Below are positions 18,170 through 23,785 of a DNA stretch of 23,785 nt, piece by piece. The notes beneath the pieces are model-generated. The model was not told the origin of the DNA and made no database searches. It was given only the letters and a program-made list of their open reading frames with translations. Both the position numbers and the translations under genes were made by a program. Positions within the stretch are counted from its first letter, which is position 1. Every line of letters begins with the position of its first letter. The DNA is from Gammaproteobacteria bacterium (GTDB lineage: Bacteria; Pseudomonadota; Gammaproteobacteria; GCA-002705445; GCA-002716945), in assembly GCA_045561295.1 (NCBI GenBank), contig JBJKYD010000002.1, positions 1-23,785 of the forward strand. The letters run 5' to 3'.

Positions 18170-19482
18170 GTAAATATTCTTACAAAGTCATTATAAAATG
18201 CAACCACCATAATCAAGCCAAGTATCGCAACACCTGCAAATTGTGCGACTAATTGAATATTCATAGGTAACTCTCTCCCTGTTATCATTTCATATGAATA
18301 ATATACTAGGTGTCCACCATCAAGCATGGGAATGGGCAAAAGATTAAGAACCCCAAGGCTAACACTCAATATCGCGAGTAAATATAGAAAATATGACAGC
18401 CCCATTTCTAATGACTTACCAGAAAATTGAGCGATAGATAGAGGCCCACTTAAATTTTTTACGTTTGCTTCTCCCATTATAAGTCTGCCAATCATTTTAA
18501 ATGTCAATAAAGTGTAATCAGTTGTGCTGCTAATAGCTTTAGAGATTGAATTACTGAAGCTATATGACACATTTACGTAATCTGACATATCGACTTTGTG
18601 TGATACCCCAAGATAGCCTTTTGAATTTTTATTTAAAATTGTAACTGGGTAATTGATAGTGTTGTTTGATCTCAGAGCTGTAATATTGACAGTCTTATTT
18701 GGATTTGAATGAATAAATGTTACAAAATCATCCCAAGTGCTTACTAGCGTGTTATCAAAATATAAGATTTTATCTCCAATCATCATATTTGAATTATTAC
18801 TTTTATTACTTACAGTTCCTATAATTGCTTCTCGATTAGGATATACAATATTAAGGCCAATATTTTGGATAATATCTCCTTCCGCGTTAAGCACAGCAGG
18901 GTCATAAACAAGTTTATAGTCTCTAATAGAATTTAGTGAATTTGTGAGCGACAATGAAATTTGATTATTATTCATAACATTATTAAGAATTTCTATCCTC
19001 ACGTCCTGCCAGCGCTCAACTTTCTCATTATTAACAGATATGATTTTATACTTATCATCATTATCTGCTAATTGTATAGTTGGTTTTATTCCACCAATAC
19101 CATTCATGTAGGTCATTGTGAAAAATATAATTGCTAGAATTAAATTAAATATCGGTCCGGCTGCGACTATGGCAAATCGTTGATAAACATTTTTTTTGTC
19201 AAAGCAGTAGTGATAGTCCTTTTCGTCAACATCATTTTTTTTGCCCTCTGGATTTTTTGATTCTAGCATTTGAACATACCCGCCTAACGGTATTGCGCAG
19301 AGTGAATATTCTGTTGTACTTTTTCCTAACTGAAACTTAAAGATTGCTTTACCAAATCCAACACTAAATTTTAGAACTTTTACATTGCATAGACGAGCAA
19401 CAATAAAATGACCATATTCATGGAAGGTTACAAGTATTCCTATAGCTATTATAAATCCTAGTATGCTATTAATTAATTCCAT
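18166..19482 (-). CDS. rseP: Intramembrane zinc metalloprotease RseP
   Basis: HEYGH, IPLGGYV, AGPIFN, SGPLSIA and NLLPIPMLDGG; ATGA overlap with bamA. Confidence 0.97.
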   Translation of the reverse strand: MELINSILGFIIAIGILVTFHEYGHFIVARLCNVKVLKFSVGFGKAIFKFQLGKSTTEYSLCAIPLGGYVQMLESKNPEGKKNDVDEKDYHYCFDKKNVYQRFAIVAAGPIFNLILAIIFFTMTYMNGIGGIKPTIQLADNDDKYKIISVNNEKVERWQDVRIEILNNVMNNNQISLSLTNSLNSIRDYKLVYDPAVLNAEGDIIQNIGLNIVYPNREAIIGTVSNKSNNSNMMIGDKILYFDNTLVSTWDDFVTFIHSNPNKTVNITALRSNNTINYPVTILNKNSKGYLGVSHKVDMSDYVNVSYSFSNSISKAISSTTDYTLLTFKMIGRLIMGEANVKNLSGPLSIAQFSGKSLEMGLSYFLYLLAILSVSLGVLNLLPIPMLDGGHLVYYSYEMITGRELPMNIQLVAQFAGVAILGLIMVVAFYNDFVRIFT

Positions 19483-19484
19483 AA

Positions 19485-20678
19485 TTACGAATATTTAGTT
19501 TTGATATAATCCCTAGTTAAACTTCTTATTTCTCTATCATTCTCTATAATTGAATCAAGAGTATCATGATTGACAACTGCACTTGAATCAAGAATATCCT
19601 CAATAATATTCGGAATATCTAAGTAGGATATTTTATCCTCTAGAAAGTATTCTACACTAATTTCATTTGCAGCATTAAGAATTAATCCAGTATTTTTACC
19701 AATTTCAGCAACCTTCCTCGCTAATCTATAACAAGGAAATTTATCATAAACTACTTCCTCAAAAGAAAAACTTTCATACGAGAAATCATCTCTATTATCA
19801 CGGTATGTTCTTTCTGGATAAGTAACAGCATAGGATATGGGTATTCTCATATCAGGGCAAGACATATGTGAAATTACTGTTCCATCAAAGAATTCGACAA
19901 ATGCATGTATCTTACTTTGACGATGGATTATTGCTTTAATATTATTTATATCTAGATTAAACAGTATCTTAGCTTCGATGACTTCTAGTCCCTTGTTCAT
20001 CATAGTTGATGAATCGACAGATATTTTTTTACCCATATTCCATGTGGGGTGTTTAACAGCATCACTGGCACTAACTCTTTTAAGATCATCTAAATTATAA
20101 TCTATAAAAGGGCCTCCTGATGCAGTTATGATAATATTTTTAATTTTAGCTTTATAGTATTCCGCGTCATTAATTTTATACTCAAGACCTGAGGATAATA
20201 TTATTTGTAATAATGCGTTATGCTCACTATCTATTGGCAATATTTTAGCTTTAGAATTTCTGAGTTGTGAAATGATCATGTTACCGGCAGAAACCAATAT
20301 TTCCTTATTAGCAATAAGGATAGTTTTATTATTATTAATTGCAGTAATTACTGGATAAATACATGAAAATCCTGTGATTGCAGCAATAACAGTATCAACG
20401 CTTTTATCAGAAGTAATAAAATCTAGGCCATCATCTCCAAATAAAACCTTTGTATTGCCTAAACCTTTTCCATATTTTTCTTGGAACAAGTCGTATGAAT
20501 TTAGATCCGTTATTACCGCGTATTTAGGGTTAAATTGGCGAATCTGATCCTCTAAAAGAGTTATATTTTTATGACATGATAATCCAAATACTTTATAAGA
20601 ATCGCCAAGTGAAGAAATTACATTTAATGAACTTTTTCCGATAGATCCTGTTGATCCTAAAATGCTAATCGTTTTCAT
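19485..20678 (-). CDS. dxr: 1-deoxy-D-xylulose 5-phosphate reductoisomerase
   Basis: GSTGSIG, ANKE, PIDSEH, TASGGPF, HPTWNMG, NKGLE and NAANE. ATG at 20678 gives an ATGA overlap with the cdsA stop (alternative start 20690). Confidence 0.98.
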   Translation of the reverse strand: MKTISILGSTGSIGKSSLNVISSLGDSYKVFGLSCHKNITLLEDQIRQFNPKYAVITDLNSYDLFQEKYGKGLGNTKVLFGDDGLDFITSDKSVDTVIAAITGFSCIYPVITAINNNKTILIANKEILVSAGNMIISQLRNSKAKILPIDSEHNALLQIILSSGLEYKINDAEYYKAKIKNIIITASGGPFIDYNLDDLKRVSASDAVKHPTWNMGKKISVDSSTMMNKGLEVIEAKILFNLDINNIKAIIHRQSKIHAFVEFFDGTVISHMSCPDMRIPISYAVTYPERTYRDNRDDFSYESFSFEEVVYDKFPCYRLARKVAEIGKNTGLILNAANEISVEYFLEDKISYLDIPNIIEDILDSSAVVNHDTLDSIIENDREIRSLTRDYIKTKYS

Positions 20679-21487
20679 ATCATTAACCATAAATAAAATA
20701 AAGGCAAACTAGGGAAATAACTATCCAGTCTATCAAGTATTCCACCATGACCAGGTAAAATATCACTAGTATTTTTTATATCATACATTCTTTTGATGAA
20801 GCTCATAAATAAATCTCCAAAAAAAGCTAAAAGAATAATAATAGTTAAATAAAATAGATCTAAATAATTCCAGACAAGATTATTCGTGTTAAAGAAAATA
20901 ATAAAAAATAAAATAGTCAAAAAATAACTACCTAAATATCCTTCGAGAGTCTTGTTTGGGCTAATAGATGATACAATCATATTTTTGCCAAATGTTTTAC
21001 CACAAATATATGCAAAAATATCTATAGAAGAAATTAGAATAATAAAAAATAATAAATAATTTTTATTATCAATTAGATGACTGTCTGATGATAGAGCGAC
21101 ATCATATGGATACATATTTGTTAAGAGTAAGAAAAATGATGAAAAAATGAACATACCAGTAATCATATAATATTTTTTGATAAATATTTTCAATTGATTA
21201 TTCAATAAAATCATCGAAGATATTAATATTACCCAGATTAATAATGTAATTATTGATAAATAATATGTATTAACAAAATCAAAATAATAGAGTATAGAAT
21301 TTAAGATAACAAAGACTGGAAGAAAGACAATATGTTTAGATGTAATGGATATCCACTCATAAAATGAGTAAATAGAAACTATAGAAATAAAGATGATAAA
21401 CGTAGAATTATTACCATAAAAATATAGAAGTGATAAAAAGGAAAACAAAAGAAACGCAGTAAGAGTTCTTTTGATTATTTCATTCAT
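20675..21487 (-). CDS. cdsA: Phosphatidate cytidylyltransferase
   Basis: Multi-TM protein with DIFAY..GK.FG, ISPNKTLEG and PGHGGILDRLDS. Confidence 0.95.
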   Translation of the reverse strand: MNEIIKRTLTAFLLFSFLSLLYFYGNNSTFIIFISIVSIYSFYEWISITSKHIVFLPVFVILNSILYYFDFVNTYYLSIITLLIWVILISSMILLNNQLKIFIKKYYMITGMFIFSSFFLLLTNMYPYDVALSSDSHLIDNKNYLLFFIILISSIDIFAYICGKTFGKNMIVSSISPNKTLEGYLGSYFLTILFFIIFFNTNNLVWNYLDLFYLTIIILLAFFGDLFMSFIKRMYDIKNTSDILPGHGGILDRLDSYFPSLPLFYLWLMI

Positions 21488-22155
21488 TACTCTATTCTAC
21501 CGAAATTCCTTTTTGTATTCATATATTGCTCGATAATTATCTCGATATGATGTTTTGAAATTTCCGGCCATAGTATGTTTAGAAACTCTAATTCACTATA
21601 ACATGATTGCCATAGCATAAAGTTACTCAGCCTTTTATAGCCTCCAGTTCGAACAATTAAATCAGGGAAATCGTCTCTAGTCGACAAATAATCATTTAAG
21701 TTTTCGTTAGTGATAGGACAATCATTGTCTACTAATGACTTTACTGCATTGAGGATATCCCATTGTCCTCCATAGTTATAAGCAATGTATAGTTTTAGAT
21801 CGGTGAAGTCCTTAGTTGCATCCTGTGCTTTTTTTATTACTTCCTTCACATCGTCTGGTAATTTAGTAGTATCACCTATAACTTTGAATTTAGTTTTATT
21901 TAGTAACAAATCAGAAAAATGCTTTTCTATTGAAGATTTCAATAATGTTGATATAAATTCTGTCTCTTCATTGCTTCTTTGCATATTTTCACTGCTCATT
22001 GCAAAAAAAGTTGCGCATTTAACGCCTAAAGAAGTGCATACCTTAAAAACATCATAAACTTTTGATGAACCAATTTGATGCCCATACTGCCGAGGTTTAC
22101 CCTGAGTTCTCGCCCAGCGACCGTTGCCATCCATTATAAAAGCTATATGTTTCAA
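21487..22155 (-). CDS. uppS: Undecaprenyl diphosphate synthase
   Basis: HIAFIMDGNGRWA, SSEN..R, YNYGG, PDLIVRTGG..RLSNFMLWQ and RNFG; TTG start 2 nt after the frr stop. Confidence 0.96.
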   Translation of the reverse strand: MKHIAFIMDGNGRWARTQGKPRQYGHQIGSSKVYDVFKVCTSLGVKCATFFAMSSENMQRSNEETEFISTLLKSSIEKHFSDLLLNKTKFKVIGDTTKLPDDVKEVIKKAQDATKDFTDLKLYIAYNYGGQWDILNAVKSLVDNDCPITNENLNDYLSTRDDFPDLIVRTGGYKRLSNFMLWQSCYSELEFLNILWPEISKHHIEIIIEQYMNTKRNFGRIE

Positions 22156-22157
22156 AT

Positions 22158-22716
22158 TTAAACTTCGCTGATTTCTTCAATTTTTTTTGAAACAATAGTT
22201 TCAGATATATTTATATACTTATCAGTTAATTCCTGAATTTCAATAATATAATCACGTTCAAAATCTTTTGAAATCATTTTATCTTTTTCCAAATTAGATA
22301 TTGCAGTATTAGCATTTCTTCGAATATTTCTAAGCGTAACTTTTATATTCTCACCTTCTTTTTTTACTATTTTATTTAAGTCTAGCCTTCTTTCCTGTGT
22401 AAGAGGAGGGAACTTAATATGGATGTTAGTGCCATTAATAACGGGGGTTAACACCTAAATTACTCTCATTTAATGCTTTTTCTATACCGTTAACTGCATT
22501 CTTATCCCAGACAGATAAAGAAATCGTTGATGCATCAGAAACAGTAATGTTCGCAAGCTGATTGATTGGTGTACTAGAATTAAAATAATCAACCATTATC
22601 TGATCTAGTATACTTGGATTTGGTCTACCCGCACGTATTTTAGAAAGTACAGATTGAAAGCTCTCAATACTTTTATCCATTGTTGATGTAGTATCAGATT
22701 TAATCTTATCAAACAT
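22158..22716 (-). CDS. frr: Ribosome recycling factor, split by one extra base in a G5 run at 22443-22447
   Basis: Two ORFs carry IRAGR.NP (first half) and PPLTQERR plus RNIRR (second half). Removing one C gives ...LGVNPVINGTNI... and 558 nt = 185 aa, the normal RRF length. Confidence 0.95.
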
Positions 22717-22725
22717 GATATAAGC

Positions 22726-23557
22726 TTAGCTTATTTGATTATAAACTTCTTGTGCAAAATCTTCAGATTTTTTTTCAATACCTTCACCGACTTCATAGCG
22801 TGTGAAAGATATAATTTCATTATCTTTTATTATTTTTGATAGGGATGTAGATGGGTCTTTTACAAAAGGCTGATTTAATAACGTATTATCATTGATAAAT
22901 TTTTTCATTTTACCTTCAAGTATGTTTCTCTTTATGTCATCTTTTTTATCAATATTTTCAAGTTCTTTCTTATAAATCTCTTTTTCTGAGAGGATAGTGC
23001 TGCTGTCTATAGATGCTTCATTTAATGCTAGTGGATTTGAAGCAACTATTTGCATACATATATCCTTAGCAAGACTATCATTTTCTTTTTTAAGTTCTAC
23101 TATTGAGGCGATTTTATTGTTATGAGTATAACCATAAATATAGTTATTTTTGTTAACTTTTGTAAATCTCCTTAATTTTATATTTTCACCAAGCTTAGAG
23201 ATAATAGAACTTATTTCATCTGATATTTCGTTTATAACTTCAGATTCATCATTTTCTAATAATTTATTTGCTATAGATTCAGCAAGCTTAATAAAGTTGG
23301 AGTCTCTTGCTACAAAATCTGTTTCTGAATTAAGTTCCAGTATTATTATATTTTTATCATTTTGATAATAGTTAACAATACCTTCTGCGGCGATTCTTGA
23401 GCCTTTTTTATCTGCTTTCACTCCAGCTTCTGATCTAAATAGTTTGATAGCTTGATCAATATTATTATTTGCTTTATCTAAATATTTTTTTACAGTCTAA
23501 TATACCTGCACCAGTCATTTGCCTAAGTTGTTTTACTAGTTCCTTTGAATCACTCAT
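22726..23557 (-). CDS. tsf: Elongation factor Ts, with a +1 frameshift in a T7 run at 23485-23491
   Basis: ATG at 23557 reads MSDSKELVKQLRQMTGAGILDCKK, and after dropping one A continues YLDKANNNIDQAIKLFRSEAGVKADKK into the listed ORF (ELNSETDFVAR, LGENI, TLLNQPF, RYEVGEGI). Corrected length 276 aa; SD-like AGGTGA upstream. Confidence 0.95.
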
Positions 23558-23785
23558 CAGTTTTATCACCTGCTTTTTCTTTGTCAACATTTGATTGTTT
23601 TGAATTTGATTTTAAATTTAGCGAAACTTTTTTAACTTCAGGCGCTTTAAGAGTTTTTTTTTGCTTTTATTGATTTTTTTTCTTCCTTATCTGATTTTGT
23701 ATCACTTCGGACTTTTTTCGGCTTTGACTCTAGAATGATTTTAGATATTGAATCCATAAAAAGGTCAATTGAAGACATAGCATCA
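23550..23785 (-). CDS. rpsB: 30S ribosomal protein S2, C-terminal part (starts outside the window)
   Basis: Hand translation DAMSSIDLFMDSISKIILESKPKK resembles the S2 'NDDA.RSI.L' helix, and the gene sits upstream of tsf. As written it stops at 23647-23649; with one A removed from the run at 23654-23662 it ends at TGA 23550, overlapping the tsf start. Confidence 0.85.

Noticed and set aside
7748-23365. Remaining 60-101 aa ORFs antisense to or nested in dnaE, lpxB, lpxA, lpxD, skp, bamA, uppS and tsf
   Set aside because: Almost entirely within well-supported genes; composition is typical of reverse-frame read-through in AT-rich DNA.
22158-23785. Calling frr, tsf and rpsB pseudogenes or invoking an alternative genetic code
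   Set aside because: Each has a single +1 homopolymer indel with otherwise intact essential sequence. TGA acts as a normal stop (rseP and cdsA ATGA overlaps), consistent with code 11.
1-23785. tRNA/rRNA/ncRNA, IS, prophage, CRISPR or intrinsic terminators
   Set aside because: No intergenic space is large enough, and no transposase, integrase, repeat-spacer array or GC hairpin with U-tract was seen.

Overview
AT-rich (roughly 28-30% GC by eye), extremely compact proteobacterial core-genome segment. The gene order looks gammaproteobacterial, possibly a streamlined free-living lineage (inference). The minus strand carries the conserved superoperon rpsB(partial)-tsf-frr-uppS-cdsA-dxr-rseP-bamA-skp-lpxD-fabZ-lpxA ... 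rnhB-dnaE-accA-tilS-pyrG-kdsA-eno-ftsB(partial). The main departure is a three-gene plus-strand cassette (10124-13250) between lpxA and rnhB, encoding a Gfo/Idh/MocA dehydrogenase, a DegT-type aminotransferase and LpxB. It matches the GnnA/GnnB route to UDP-GlcNAc3N and hence an all-amide-linked 2,3-diamino-glucose lipid A. The cassette is cleanly inverted relative to the lpxA-gnnA-gnnB-lpxB-rnhB order, with a 50-bp divergent promoter at one end and a terminator-less 8-bp tail-to-tail overlap with lpxA at the other. Other oddities: pyrH is missing from its usual place between tsf and frr, LpxD is shortened, several TATAAT boxes sit close enough to start codons to suggest leaderless mRNAs, and three +1 homopolymer frameshifts (frr, tsf, rpsB tail) cluster in the last 1.4 kb and are most likely sequencing errors. 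No RNA genes, mobile elements or CRISPR arrays were seen.
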